NCBI RefSeq assembly: GCF_964355755.1
Contig: NC_092672.1
Span: 19,109,237-19,173,236 of the forward strand
DNA length: 64,000 nt
Direction of reading: 5' to 3'
DNA from: Antedon mediterranea
Lineage: Eukaryota > Animalia > Echinodermata
Part shown: positions 1 to 15,600 of the stretch, in pieces
How positions within the stretch are numbered: the stretch's first letter is position 1
How the letters are laid out: each line of letters opens with the position of its first letter
Position numbers and translations under genes: made by a program
Notes under the pieces: generated by a model
Databases searched by the model: none
Seen by the model: only the letters and a program-made list of their open reading frames with translations
What the model was told of the DNA's origin: nothing

Positions 1-540
1 TTCAAACTTGGACGATAGTAACGCAACAGTCCTTGAAAATGAGTAAAGCTTAGTTTACCCAAATGCTGTAGGGAACAAATTTGTAAAGTTAATAATTGCA
101 ATCTTAAAATCTTTATCTTTAAAATTGTTGAGAACAAGAAACTTCTCAACAGAATTTTCCAAAGGTTCAAAGGTAAAAAGAAATCTTAAACTGCATTCTA
201 TTTTAATCAATCAGAATTTCTGGGGGAAAACATACTTTTTGGACAGCCTTCTGCACAGTGGCATAACGACTATGAGTGCTTATGGCTAAACAAGATGGTC
301 CTAAAACTAATGGGCATTATCAACCCAATGCAACTACAGAGTATTGGACAACTCTGGCTTTGCCTCATGCGTTACAAACACTGCTTTTTTACCGTGGCTG
401 CCATGATGGTCTTAACTTAATCTAAATTTCTTTTATTTCTAGCAATATCGAATGTAGTGAGCTGATTTAAAAAAAAAACATATGAGAGTTGGTGAAAGAT
501 ATTGTTGAGCTCTAAAAGACATACATATTATACATTTTAC

Positions 541-657
541 CTTGCGACTACACAACAAACGAAATGCCTTGGCAGCACCTGTCCTCTTGTGCATAAACAA
601 CTTCTTAAACTTATTCTTTTCAATTCCTGTAAATGTGTCATACACAACGGCCAAAAG
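541..657 (-). CDS. TPCN1: TPCN1 coding exon 7 ([39 protein letters not shown])
   Basis: TTACAG acceptor, AAG|GTAAAA donor, 117 nt. Confidence 0.93.
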
Positions 658-3600
658 CTGTAATTAGATTTAAGAAAAACCCAAAGTATTATTTCAAAGA
701 CTGTCTATAATTATAGGACAACATTTGAAATCATGGTTCTGTGGGCTTTTGCATTCTCTGTTATGCCTTTTCATTTGCGCCCATTGTTCAAACTTGGATA
801 GATTTACATCACAGTTAGTTTTACCATGGTTTGTACATAAATTTAGCAGTGATGTTAAATACTCTGATTAAATCACATGATGGTTATGTGTTATCAGAGT
901 CACTTGTTCGGATTGATTTTTTTAGCCACTAGCTTGAATAGTTTTACCAAGACCATAGAAAGTTCTACAGGACAGGCAGGGTAAAGTTAAACCTAAGGGG
1001 AATGGTAGCCAGTGTTTTGATTGGACTTTTCTTGGTCAACTTTCTTAGCTGACGACTAAGGTAAGTGTAAGTCCAGTGTGATCGATCGAGGCTTAAAAAA
1101 ACTAAACATTGTGATCATACTTGAATATAATACTCAATACTGAAGCGATACTAGCAATGTCTATTTAGAACGCAATTAAACCATTCATGACATTATATTT
1201 AGTATCATTAATCCATTGCAGCTAGTAGACTGTCTACACCCTATTAGATATTATCATATACCTGCTGCAATGGTGTGGATAAAGGCTAGATTGCATGTTA
1301 ACATGGTGTGTAACCTTGGACAAGCCTACACTTAGATGAGTGAATATATCAACAAGATGGGTATAGAGAAGGTTGCCAGAGGAAGCCTAATTAAATACTA
1401 TTCATCCACAAAGGATACAACACTTTCAAGGTAATTAGATAATTAATTTAATGAATGATTGGAAATAAATGAACATAGGAAATAACTAAGTGTGAATGAA
1501 TAACCTGAAGTTGGCAAACGTTTCAACATTTAATGTGAAGAAGGGCAATGTCCCAACATAAAAAGAAAGATACTAAATAAATGTCCATATCAAAAATGTC
1601 ATCTGCAAACTGTGACATTTTATTTGTTCCAAACTTTATTGTTTTTAGACAGACTATCAATATTATATATTAGCTCTTCCACATCTGAAAAATCCTGGAT
1701 CCGCCACTTTACATAATTTTATTAAACAATACTGTTTGTATTTTTAATCTACCTGTTTTAGGGTATGTTCAGACTCACAGAGTTACGGTGGAGTTATGTA
1801 AGTGGCGTACATATTTTTGTCTCTGAACCATGCCGCGGATTAGCGTTAGGAAGCTGTTACTCCGCGCCAGTGGCGTTAATAACTCTAGCGGGAGAGGGTA
1901 GATTTCATAACGCTAATCCAGTGATGCATCAGTGATTTTAACCTTAACCAATGAAAATACACGACCACGATTAGCAGACAGCAACTACATACCCGTACCC
2001 TATGATACGACAGCAAAATAGCTATGTCAAATGTATTTTCAGGTTCAGATTTTAAAGAACAGTAAAGTTGGCGTCAGTAATATGATATTTTCATAAATTA
2101 AATCAATTAATCAGATAATTGTCCATGTAACAATTACGTTTTAAATTATTTTGAATTAAAATGAAATTCTACAAGTAGTAAGAACAAATTAGTATATTTG
2201 AAGGTAAACATTATATAAAATAAAAATGAAAAAAAACAATGTAAACGATGTAAACTTTCATGCATTGTTATGAATGTATACATATAGTTCTATCTGCTTT
2301 GACCTGATCAGAGTGTTTTAAACGCAAGGCATTGGAATGTTGATCGTTGTGTCACCTTGGCTTTTAACGCCACGGATTACCGTACGCCTTGCGTAGATAA
2401 CTCCACCGTAACTCCGTGAGTCTGAACATACCCTTAGATGTTGATTCAAGGGAGAAACCATGTTCATGTTTTTTTTGTTGCAAGTCAGAAAATACCAGTT
2501 GCGTGTTGAAAATGTGAGTTGCAAGTTTGAACATGTGAGTTGCAAGTCGGAAAATTTGAGTTGCGAGTTAGAAAGTGATATGTTGCAATAATGATTCTAC
2601 TAGTTGCTACATTCTCGTAACTTGTTCTTTTAATTTCTGGATGTATTTTGTTCTTTTTCATACTTGGTTGGCAAAGGTTTCTCCACATTACAGATTTTGT
2701 AAAAATAACAAACAATACTGTTTGTCAATCAAATGAATCATCAGGTCAGTGAATTATTCACGAAATACTCACATAGCCTCACACATTAAAAGCATTATTA
2801 TTTGTGGAATTTGTTACATTATTGCAAACTGTAGGGAATTTAGTGAGTGTATACTTGCAGTAGGTGCTAGGTCTGCGCGGTTTATTCATTCATTCATCTT
2901 CTATTGGTCTAATTTATATAAAAATTAAAATATTTGTTAATACACTGCAGTTAAAATACATTAACAATATTAAAAACAATAAAAAAGTACAGATAATATA
3001 AGTTATCCATGTACACAGAGCGAGAACGGAAATTTCTCAGCTTACCGTTTCTTAATCAAGATAGTGAAAGTTCTCTGATAGCAAATGTTTATAGACAAGA
3101 TAACTAATTATAAAAACGAAAATAAATACAGTAATCTGTTAACTACAAAAAGTACAATCCTAAACGCAATTACATTCCTAATAAATATATCTCTCCTCAA
3201 CATACCAGTTTTTAGTGGATCTGACACTAATAGACATTTTCTGGCCAATTTTTGACTGGTTTCTCTCACCAGTTCTCAGTTCCAGTTAATAAAACCTTGA
3301 CCAAATTGGTCTAAATGCGATCAAATCAAATCATGTCAGGCCATACTAGAAGTGGACGGCGGTCTAGAGGAGCATCAGTAAGGGGCTGTTGAGTGACGTC
3401 CTAATTTGAGGAAATTTGCAATGGTCTGTTGTTAAATATTTTCCCATCAACACACATTTTGAAAAGATAATGGTTAAATATAAAAAGCAGTAAAACAAAA
3501 CAAAACTTTTACAAAATACAAAAAAATACTCAATGACCTACTTTGAGGAGATCTATTAAACTCAAACTCTTTCTCTGAATTTAAAACCAGTTGAATATCT

Positions 3601-6600
3601 ATACACTGCATGCTGATGAGATATTTTAGTTAATATAAATGTTGTGGTAACTGTTTTTAGTAGTTGGTATTTAATATGGGCGGCCATTAGGGCCAAAATA
3701 AACAAACGTTGCCGTACGAACAATTCCGCTCTGGTAAGCCAAACAAATGGTGTTAAAGACATAATTCCTCGATTGACAAACAAATATTGCCGTACGGACA
3801 CACACATTGCCGTATGAACACATTGGTAAAAGAACAAATTGCCGTATGGTTAATTTGACGTATGGTTAATTTCCTCATTTTCGAGAGAAGTTGCATGGCG
3901 CTGAATTCTGTTTCCAAAGTTTGTTATAATTCTTGCTTTCATGATTATTTTGTTAACTTCCCTCATACCCCCGGCCCACATCAGAGTGGTTTTATTCACG
4001 TGGTTTTAAAATACTATGCTGCCCTCAACATTTAAATTTAGTTTGACTGTACGCCAATTTGTCCTTACGCCAATTTTTGTCCTTACGCCCATTTTTCCAT
4101 ACGGCAATGTGTGTGTCCGTATGGCAATATTTGTTTTGTCAATCGAGGAATTATGTCTTTAATGCCATTAATTTGGCTTACGGGAGCGGAATTGTTCGTA
4201 CGGCAACGTTTGTCTATTTTGGCCCTAATGGCACCCATAATTTAATACATATTGGGGTAAAAAAGTGTACCACTATAAATATGTTTTATTCCAAGGACCT
4301 GTTAATACATAGTTTCCTTCATCGTGTATATAATTTATTTACAAACTTGTGATCAATTTCTTCCATTTTTTGGATGTAAAAAACGAAAAAAAAATCAATT
4401 AAATTATTAGGGTAAAAAAGCTGTTTGTATTTGTCTATCTAGATTTACTTGTAGGGTATACAGGGGTACTAAACATTAATATTCATTTTAGAATAAAAGT
4501 CAGGCCTATCGCTACTTTACTACATTACCTACTGTACACTAATAGTATCAGCCAATCTATAATATAATAGCACTAAGCCACAACTTGTTCCTCTATCTCC
4601 TCTAATAAACACTAAATCCAATACTAGCGTTCAAGCTGGCCACCTTTTAATTTCCCTCCATCCATTAGTCTATAATAGAACAACAAATTTGTACGAAAAA
4701 TGTGTTTTTTTAGGATAAGCAGGACGAGACAGCAGCACATGTGATCAGCGCAGCAGCTGCAGTTATAGTATAGCGACAGTGCTGCCGTGCGCCATTTCAA
4801 ATAAAACGGGCGGTAAATAAGTATTCTTAATCATGTTACATCTTGCTAATTACTATTCCTAAGCTTCTATAGGCAATAGCTGCGGGATGATTCAGCCCAG
4901 GTGTAATGGGATGAATCGACTCAATTTTAGGCCAATATAATGTCTGACTAAGAGCGGCTTCTAATTTCTTAATAGCTCCTGGAAGGTTTTTATGATATGA
5001 AATATTGTGAAGAACATTATGCTAACATTATGTTTTGTTATTTTTTGGGGATTTTGAATAGTTCGTTTAATGTAATCTATTTTCAAGGGATGTAAGCCTA
5101 CAATACAATGAGATACATGAAGGATGAAGTTGCAATTATATTTACTTCTTTCTAATTAGGCCTACACCACCAGAAAACATAAATTGTTGTTCATCTTAAA
5201 GAAAAAACACCAAACATTCTTACCACCAAAATCAAGACATTTAACTGAACAACAGGAGACTACAAGAATATTAAACCAGATTCAGCTAAGTCGCTGTTCC
5301 AGTCCAGTTGGAAATGATATTAGCATACTTTGGTAGATTTTACAAAATAGGACAATTTACCAGACGACTATGAAATGCAGTTTTATGTCCTATACCAAAC
5401 ATGACATAACTGACATAAGAGAGAGATTCTGATGTGTTTTTTTTTTACTGCAGTTTTTTCAAAAATTCACTATACATCCATTTATAGATTTGTGTATACT
5501 GCATTGTACTATATAGTATATTATTTTTGATAAGATGATGCACGTCCACATGTACCTGCTAGTCGTATGTAATTACGGTACAACCCGTACTAAGGGAACA
5601 CTTTCAGGACCCAAACTAATTGTCTACCTAAATAAGAGTGCTCCAGAATAGGGTATCCCTATTAAGGGGAAATACAAAAAACCTACATGTAAAAATTGTC
5701 ATTTAGCACACTCAAAAGCGTCCCGGTAATAGGGGTGTCCACTGTGTATGGTTGGTTGTTTCACAGGAAAGTGTCCCCTGAATAGAGGTATCCACTGTGT
5801 ATGGTTGGTTGTTTCACAGGAAAGTGTCCCCTGAATAGAGGTGTGCCAATAGAGGGTTCTACTGGATGTTGGTATAGGGCTTTAAATAAAGGCACTTCAC
5901 CAAAATTGATAATGCGCTATATAAAGCACAGCGGACTAGTATAGATGATATCACAATCCACTTTTCTTCTATGTTTGTCAGTCCACAACAGCTAAGGAGA
6001 CGAGATGAAAAAGTACACCAGGATAATCCCTTACTTGAATGAAGGATGCTCAGCATGTTCTGTTCATGTGAATCAAGATCATCATAACAACAACATGCAC
6101 TATACTTATATTGGAAAAAAATAATTTTTTCCTTTCTGAAAAGGTGTGTACACATGTGTTTAATGTGGAGAAAAGTGCCTGTTCAATCTTTGAACAAATA
6201 AAAGCAATAAAATTCATTTTGTAACAGATACAAATGTTTCTTGTCCATAAAGCAATAAAGGCCAATTTACACAGACGAGCAGTAACGGTAAGTGGTAACG
6301 GTAAGCGGAAAACATAGAATCTATGTAATTTTTTAGGCCTTACACAGAGCGGACGGCCGGTTGTGCTGAAATCCGCTCAGGATAAAAACAGATTTGATTT
6401 TTTTAAAATACCGCGTGTGGTTTTCCGCTTACTATTACTGCTTACCGTTACCGCTCGTCTGTGTAAATTGGCCGTAAGAATACCTTATTATCTGTATTAG
6501 TACGTATAGTTTTAAGGTAGGCAAGAGGCATGTTTATTAATTTAGTTACATAAACGATATCTTTAAATTCTTACCAGGTTTGTCAAGAAGTAAAGTTCAA

Positions 6601-9600
6601 GAGCAAGAAAGATGACGAAGAAGATGACGCTCCAACGTGAATGGTGATAAGCTGGCATCATCACATCAGGGTAACTGCAAATTGAAACAATGTGAATATA
6701 CATCCACTAAAGCTAAAGGAAATACCCTTAACATTTTAAAATTCATGTAAATGAATACTATCTAATTTGAAAGTGAAAATATTAAGTGAAAGAAAAGAAA
6801 AATGTTTAACACTCTTATAAAACCAGAACATTTTCCAAATGTTCATCCTTGTTGTGTTTTATAACCAAATAGAGGGAGTTATTTATGGAGTCGGGTTGGT
6901 GAACATCAGTCCAAAATACGCAGAATTTTTTCCAAAATACGTCAAGTTGAGGGCGCTATACTAATCCAAAATACGCGAGTCTTTCCAAAATACGTCGACT
7001 TGAGGGCGCTATTCATTTTCCAAAATACGTGAATTGTCCAAAATACGTCAAGTTGAGGGCGCTATAAATTATCCAAAATACATGAATTGTCCAAAATACG
7101 TCAAATTGAGGGCGCTATTTATTTCCAAAATACGCGATTTGTCCAAAATACGTCAATTTGCAATTTGGGACCGCTAGTAATTTTCCAAAATACGTCAACT
7201 TGAGGGCGGCAAACTTTTTTTCCAAAATACGAGAGCCTTTCCAAATGTATCATATTTAGAGTGTAAGGTAAAATTACAGTTTAATGTATTCAAAAAAAGT
7301 TTCTTGGAATAAAACAAACAAGTACATTTTAATTATAAATGAAAGTATTGGAAGGCAGAATTTTTTGTAAATAAAATGTCATAGAGTAGCCAATTATTAT
7401 TTTTCAATGTAATCATTTATTACTGAAAAACAACAAATATGTGCCAACATCAGTCAATAGACAGTGCCTATAATATACGTTAATAATGTCTGAACGATGT
7501 ACGATTACATTGCCAGACGTAGCTAGTTTAAATGCGGCATAAACCGGCTACAAAACCAGCATGTACGTATATAGTATTTAAGTATAGTCATAGGTATGTG
7601 TTATATATTTGGTGATCTACAAAATCAATATTTTTCCCGAGCTCGACAGACAAACATCGCTTTCAATTTAATGTACAGTACTTATGGTCTAATAAGTTAC
7701 CTGATCTGAAATCTAACATAATAATTATTTCATATAATATATAATAATAAAAAGCATATGGTATTGTGATTAAAATAATATCAATAATTAATTGGTTAGA
7801 AGAAGTAAAGGAGTTATTTAAATTGCATATTTTGGAAAATGAATAGCGCTCTCAAGTTGACGTATTTTGGAAAATTACAAGCGGTTCCAAATTGACGTAT
7901 TTTGGACAAATTGCGTATTTTGGAAAATGACTAGCGCCCTCAACTTGACGTATTTTGGACAATTCGCGTATTTTGGAAAATGAATAGCGCCCCCAAGTCG
8001 ACGTATTTTGGAAAGACTCGCGTATTTTGGATTAGTATAGCGCCCTCAACTTGACGTATTTTGGAAAAAATTCTGCGTATTTTGGACTGGATTTCACCAA
8101 CCCTATTGTATTTATGAGAACATCTACAAAAAAGGTAAACTAAATTAGATGTCTGGACTGAATTGGGTGATAATGGTTGATAATCTTCAATATTCACAAT
8201 GAACTCCAATTCAACATTATTTCGGAATATTAAGTCATTAAAAACAAATATGGGGTTAATATTAGTGTACAGTCAGTTATCCTGATATTCTATCAGTTAT
8301 CAGTAAAACATGAGGCAACATTTATTTTTGACATATTACTTACTTTGCTGTTGTAAAAAGGACGAACAGACTGATAATGCTTTCTGTTATTGTACTAAAG
8401 TAGTGGTTACCTGGCATTGGAGCAAATAAGTAAAATCCTATACAAAAAAGGAAAAGGTTTAATGTAAAAATAGAAAATGTGAGGTGTTTTCCAGGGGGCA
8501 GCACAAGGTGTGCATGCTCCGCAAATGCTGGGCAAGTCACTGAAAACTGCCATTGAGGGGTTATGGGTTGGGAGTAATAGCTTAACACACTTCGTCCTAA
8601 ACACATCACCAAAAACGAGTGTGTGCTGTGAGGGGGAAGGGTAGAGATACTGGAATTTTGAGGTAATAGAAGAAGAAGAACATAATTGGAAATGTACTGG
8701 GAAAAGTTACTACATTTGAACTGTCCAGTGGAGGAGTTAAGGTTTGCTGATAGCTGGGATGGTGAGAGGAGAAAGAAGGCTGGGATCGCATTATCAAAAT
8801 TAAATATTTTAATTATCAGTGTGACACAGTTTACAACTTACTTAAATCATAGACCTATCATAGCTATGTATACCCCTCTCATTTTAAAGCTAAAGTTGAA
8901 TTGAAATTTGTCCTGGGAAGAATTTGTTTAAAAAAAAAAAAGAGTGTGGGGTGTTCTTGAAGAGGGGTGAAAGTTGGTAAGTATAGGGAGATAATGGTGT
9001 AGGGTGCACTGAGACGGCTTTTAACTAACTTTTGAAACCCACCCTGGGGCGGGTGTAATTGCTAGTATATTTATAAGAGCTGGTAACTTTAGGCTATGTA
9101 TACTACAGGTACATGTGCAGTGTTGATTTATTACCTCATTTATAAAATATTTAACAATTTTAGAATGGCATGGCAAAGCCACTATTTTGTCTTAAATGTA
9201 TTGTAAGCATTACATTTTCGCATCCAACCTCTAATGTCTCATTTCGCAGCTTTACTTACTTAAATATGAAATATTATGAAGATGGACAGATAATTTTAGA
9301 CACCACAGCTGACTGTTAACCTTGTAAATTGGGCAGATGAAAGGAAAAATTCAAAACTATTTAATACTGCGTATGGTAATTAACATACACATGAGCTGCA
9401 CATACCTGTGTTTAATCAAATAAACAAACAATACCAGTGTAAAGTGTAAATTATTATAGGAAGTATAACCCTCTCCTTTAAATTAAACTGATTTTGTCAT
9501 TAAAAAAAATGTTGAAAACAGACATGATGTATTGACATGAAAAAGTGGGATTTATTGATAAAAATATGCATTAGCATTGTATAATAATAATAACAAAATC

Positions 9601-12600
9601 TTTATTTTAAAACAGAGGCTCGTTCACAACAAAATGTGTTATTTCACATTAATTTGAAATTCAAGAAAACTTGTTTAATTCAGTATTTTAAATATTTCAA
9701 CATATATTGTTTTTATGAGTATTTTAAAGTATCTTAAATGTATGTTAAGATTCTATTATCTTGCTAAAAAAGGAAGACAATTTTTGTATGGTTTTACAAG
9801 TATGACAAATAAAGTTAATCAATGCCTAATATCCTATTGCATAATTTCAACTTCATACTGTAGCGCTTGGTAGGGCTTGATATAACCAATTAAATACAAT
9901 ACAAAACTATCATCAGAACATATCATCATTATATTTAGAATTAAATATTTTAGAAACCAAGGAAATAAACTCACCAAGAACCGAGAAGATGATAAGAAAG
10001 TAGAAGAGAAGAACCAACATATCAGCGATTGGAGGAAGTGACTGGAAAATCTGCCTGAGCACGCGGCGTACTCCACCAAGAAAATGGCAATCAATCAGAA
10101 ATATTGGCCGCAATGCTCTTGTTACACGAAAATGTGATGCTTGCCTTATAATTACAACGATAGCTTCTAAATACATGATGAATAAGCACATTGCCTGAAG
10201 AAAAAACACACAAACACATTATTCTCTCTCATGAAACAGATGGCAATGCAGACTAAATTACCACCAGTGCCGATGCCTTAAGTCAAGTCAAAAACAGAAG
10301 GTTGCTTGTTTAATGTAAAGTTTAAATAATAAATCTGGGCATGACATACACAAAATAATAGTAAAAAAACTGTTGATAGGGGTCACTGACTAGAAGGCAT
10401 AGGGACTTTTAGGGCCTGTTTCTATTGAAAAATAAAAAAAGAACGGTTTTTTGGAAACCGGTTTCGGCTGTTGTTTATAAATAAAGATCGCGTTGCAGCT
10501 CAATTTTTACTCCAATAAAACCGGTTCCGTCCATGTGCGTTCGTTATGAATGACGTCATTATATACACCACAATGCATTCGTTAGGCGGAAGCGCGATTT
10601 GATCGAGGTCATGTTTACTTTTTTTCGCATAGCGCGATCCCCAAGAAATAGCATCCATTTCATCATAGAAGGGGGAATTATTACCTGAAACGTTATTGTG
10701 GTCCTTGGTTAAAGTATAGGTACGTCGCACCCTCTGATATTGTCAAGTTGAACTCGTCTATTTTTCACACGCTTTACAATATTCTTAAAAACATGTAGGC
10801 CTATTAGTATAATACGTGAGTCTTTCTTCCGACTCCCGACAAGTCCCCTCATCTTCTTTCCTTCACATATTTTTTACGAACCTCGTAATGGCATCGCTCA
10901 ACATTTTTTAGTTAAATAAAATACTCACTATCTAGAGAAATAAAAATGACTTAGGCCTAGGTCCTATCGCGCGAGTTTGACTGCGAGTTGACCGCAATCA
11001 TCCCAGTGCAGCAGCAGACTGCAGAGTTCAGTTTTTGGGGTCAAATTGAGACCGCGATTGTGTTGCAGCTAAAAATTGCTCCGCGGAAACCGGTTTCAGA
11101 ACGGTTCTCTGCGATCGAGACCGCAATCAATTGGGGTTTTTGAAACCATTTTTAAGATCGGTTCTTTTTTGTGGTTTTTTGTGGGGACCCATTTCTGCTG
11201 GCAAGAAAAAACGGTTCTTGAAAAGAACGGTATTCAAAACCGTATTCTCTGCTCTATAGAAACAGGCCCTTAGATTTTAGTAAAGTCCATGTCCACATGG
11301 GTCATAGTCAACTGTTACTCTAGACAGATATGAACATTTAGATTAAGTGCCACTGAACATATGAAGTAATGACATTGGGATCACCTGACTTTGCAATCTC
11401 TAGTAGCGCTCGACTGTGGAGTTATTCCATATTTGGGCCAGTGGAAGTACACATACTTAGGCCAGGCTAAGTGTGTAGCTTAGGCCTAGCCTAGATCCTG
11501 AACGAAGGCTGGTGTCCTAGTGATAAGATCCAGGCCATAACCTGTATTATTAAAAGCTTCATTCAAAATAACCAATAAAAATCAATAATTCACAGTTTCA
11601 TAAATATAATTTTACTGTGCTACATTCTCAGAAAATCATCGCAAGATCATTCTCCGCCATGAATTTGGTAAACTTTTACAGTTCCAGAGAGTAAAGCCAA
11701 AATGCCACTGAACAAAGTGCTCAAATTTGCCAGTTGAGGTGCCAGTCACCTAGAGCATGCGCATATCATAAAAATATGAAATAGGTTAGCAGTCGACATG
11801 AAAATCTAAAAGTGCCTATTGCCTTGTCTCATGAGGACCCTATGGACAAAACAAACGAAATACAAACCAAAAAGGCGCATAATGAAAAAACGTAATAATG
11901 TGACCACATGGCTTGGATTATATTATATTAATTGAATATGAATTAAATATGATTAATAATACAATTGGGACTTAATATTTCTTTTAAAAAGAGGTAAACT
12001 AGCAAGTATGTTCATAGGTCGTTAACAAATTGGCTTTTGCTAAGCTGTATGAATGATGTAACATTTAAATTGATATTCTTTAAATTATATTTTAAGATTC
12101 TATTACAAACTGATAACATCTGGTTAACAGGTGCCGCATCCAAGCCAAAAATGCAAATATAAAGGGGGTCCCCCATGTATGATTCTGGTAGAGAAATTAA
12201 TTTAAAAATTCTGTACCTTAACAGCTGTTCGTTTGTGAGTAAAGAATTGTTTCCATCCCAGCCATCTTATTTTCATCCCCAAACCAAGAGCAATTATTGA
12301 TAAACCAAAAAGTTCCAATGAACCATGCACCTAAAAGAATACAATCATGTAATAAAATGTTAATGCAAAAATATTACATTTTTTTATCAATAATAAATAA
12401 ATAATAAATATTGCATGGTTGACTATTCCGATAGATAACAGTTCAATTAATAATTTTAAAAAAAGGATTGAATACACAGTCAGCCATGCTGATAACCTTA
12501 TTGACTATTGAATACACAGTCAGCCATGCTGATAACCTTATTGGCTATTTGCACAGTCAGCAGTACCAATAGTAAATGCTACATGCATGGTCTTTGGTAC

Positions 12601-15600
12601 CTATATAAAACTAATACTTGCACGGGTGACCATGCTGATAGCTTAATATCCATTTAATTAACATCCATTATTGCAAATGCATTGTACTGTAGGATTATCA
12701 ACAAACTTGTAGTTTATTCTTTAAAAAAAAATAATACCAATTGAAAGGTTAAACAATTTAAAAGGCAAATAGACTAGGCTATGAATGAGGTAGGTGCCAC
12801 CCGGAGAGGTAGAAATTCTCATATAACTTTTCTAGACCAGTTTTTTCTGGGGAATCCAAATATATTGGGTAAACGGGCTGTAACCTGAGAACTTTTGCGT
12901 GAGGGCGCTTTTTTCAAAATGGCTGCCAGTTACAGTAGACTATGATATCTTGGCAACCACTGGTCATAGAGAGTTGATTTTGGTGTCAAATTGTTTGGAA
13001 TGTACATGTTCCTATTTGATGTAATAGAACATTTTGTCAGAAAATGGCCGGAAATACCTCTATTGACCTTTGACCCAATATCTAACAGATATCATATCTC
13101 CGTAACTACTCGACACAGAAAGTTGTAATTGGTGTCAAACTCTCCAGAATATAGATGTTTATATTCAAACTAATAGAACATTATCTGTAAAAATGACCGG
13201 AAATAACGTTACTGACCTTTGACCCAAAATGCAAGACATTTCTCTTATCTGATCACGTTAATCCTGTCAATTAATTCATTTTGTGCCAATTGGAGGTGGA
13301 CATTCTCATATTATTTTCTGGACCAGTTTTTCATGTGCAATCCGAATATATGAGATAAATAAGCCATAACAAGGCCAAGAATTTAATTCTCTTTTACTAC
13401 ATACATGCTTCCCTTTAGTGTTTCAGACTGTATGTTGTGTATTAATCTTCAAGATCGCTCACATCACTGCAATCTGAAAAGTCTTCATATTCATTATGTG
13501 TAAACAGTTCCTGGACATCAGTGGGCATCACTGTCTCAATCCATTTAGGCTCCATTTGTTCGTTCCATCCATTGTGTGTACTGTTGTTGAAAAAATCATT
13601 GACGTCTGCTGATTGCCATTCTTTAGTAATGAAGTTTGCTCTAAGTATATGAAACTCAAGGGTCTGCTGACATAGTGGCAGTAATGATATATCTGTAATC
13701 TTGTTGTGTCTGGAAAACTTTCTGTTGAAGATATCATATCTTGCTTGATTTACACTTTTCCCCTTCACTCCATACAATGGTGAAACATACTCTTCAAGTT
13801 CCTCATACAACTCTTTTGATGGAACATCTGACACTCCAAGGTTGCAGAATGTGTCAACAAATGTTGCTTTTGATTCCAGAAGCTTCCAGCAGCTACGTTT
13901 TCCTTTCCGAACGGAAGCGGAGTTATACTCGTTACCTGTGAAAGCATGGAATCCAATAAGGGATGATTTCTGCGCTTTTGTTAAATCAATGTCACTCAAT
14001 TTCAGTACATTTCGGTATTTCCCAGTGTTTGTATCAATAATTACCCTCTGCCCATCATCTATGAAATGAGATAGTGAAATGACTGGAATGTCAATGTCTC
14101 CAGAATGGGAACGAATTATTGCTACGCCTTGATTGTTATTTGTTAAAGCATGCTTTGCATGCAGGATGACTTTCGTGTCGGCTTCTTCTTGGCTACTATT
14201 AAGCTCCGGAACCAATACAACATCTCAGTTTAGTAACGTAGATGCATTCTTTGTACGATAAAAAGTAAATAACATCACTCCTCATATCTGTTAGAATGCT
14301 TTCTTTCTTTGACACTAGTACACAGCGAATAAGCTCAATTAATCTGGTCTTGTTCTCGCCGTTGACAAGGAAATTGTTGAAATCACGGGGCAACTTTGAT
14401 ATTTTTGAGCTTACAATTACTTTTGGTGCAATACCGCGTCTGTTTCTCGCAGTGCTCGACCAGGATCCATAACATCATCTCACTTTATTTTCGAATAGTG
14501 GGAAGAAACTAGAAATCAAGGCAAATGGGAAAGTAAAAGTAATAAAAGCTAATCGGGATGTTTTAAGAAAGCTTCTTGCCACCTCAACAAAGCATGGTAG
14601 AATAATTGACTTTAAGAAAGCCTTTGAGTATCCACTTACCCCTGTCCCGCTAAGCCTTGCTAATGCAGATGGGACAAGACGAACAACTCAGAAAAGTGTC
14701 CTAATGGAAATTCTCATCGAAAGTTCAACAGATGTTATAGATCCTGGTCGGGCACTGCCAGCAAAGGCTACTGTCATTGCCTATGTTGTTGACTTGATGG
14801 CATTAATCAGAACATTTACATCTTACCCTGATACGTACGAGGATCTTGTAGCAAAGGTTTTCAACAGCATCCCTAAAGGATACAAGCGTGTTGATATTGT
14901 TACCGATGCATACCTGCCAAAAAGCATTAAGTCTGTTGAGAGAAACATACGCGGTATTGCACCAAAAGTAATTGTAAGCTCAACAATATCAAAGTTGGCC
15001 GTAATTTCAACAATTTCCTTGCCAACGGCGAGAACAAGACCAGATTGATTGAGCTTATTCGCTGTGTACTAGTGTCAAAGAAAGAAAGCATTCTAACAGA
15101 TATGAGGATTGATGTTACCTACTTTTCATCGTACAAAGAATGCATCTACGTTACTAACTGAGATGTTGTATTATAATAAATAATAAATAATATATTTATA
15201 CAGGATAAAACAATCAGATAACAGTGTACCTGTTTTACATTGTGGTCCTGTCTTAATCAAAATATACAAAAGAGAAACTTAATTAAATATAATACATAGT
15301 ATTGTATATTAAAGAGAATATATAATATAGTATAGTATTGGTTCCGGAGCTTAATAGTAGCCGGAAGAAGAAGCCTACACGAAAGTCATCCTGCATGCAA
15401 AGCATGCTTTAACAAATAACAATCAAGGCGTAGCAATAATTCGTTCCCATTCTGGAGACATTGATATTCCAGTCATTGCACTATCTCATTTCATAGATGA
15501 TGGGCAGAGGGTAATTATTGATACAAACACTGGGAAATACCGAAAGGTACTGAAATTGAGTGACATTGATTTAACAAAAGCGCAGAAATCATCCCTTATT

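Noticed and set aside
3562-4352. Pair of similar divergent ORFs (91 and 97 aa)
   Set aside because: Similarity comes from the inverted arms of a MITE; no coding signature.
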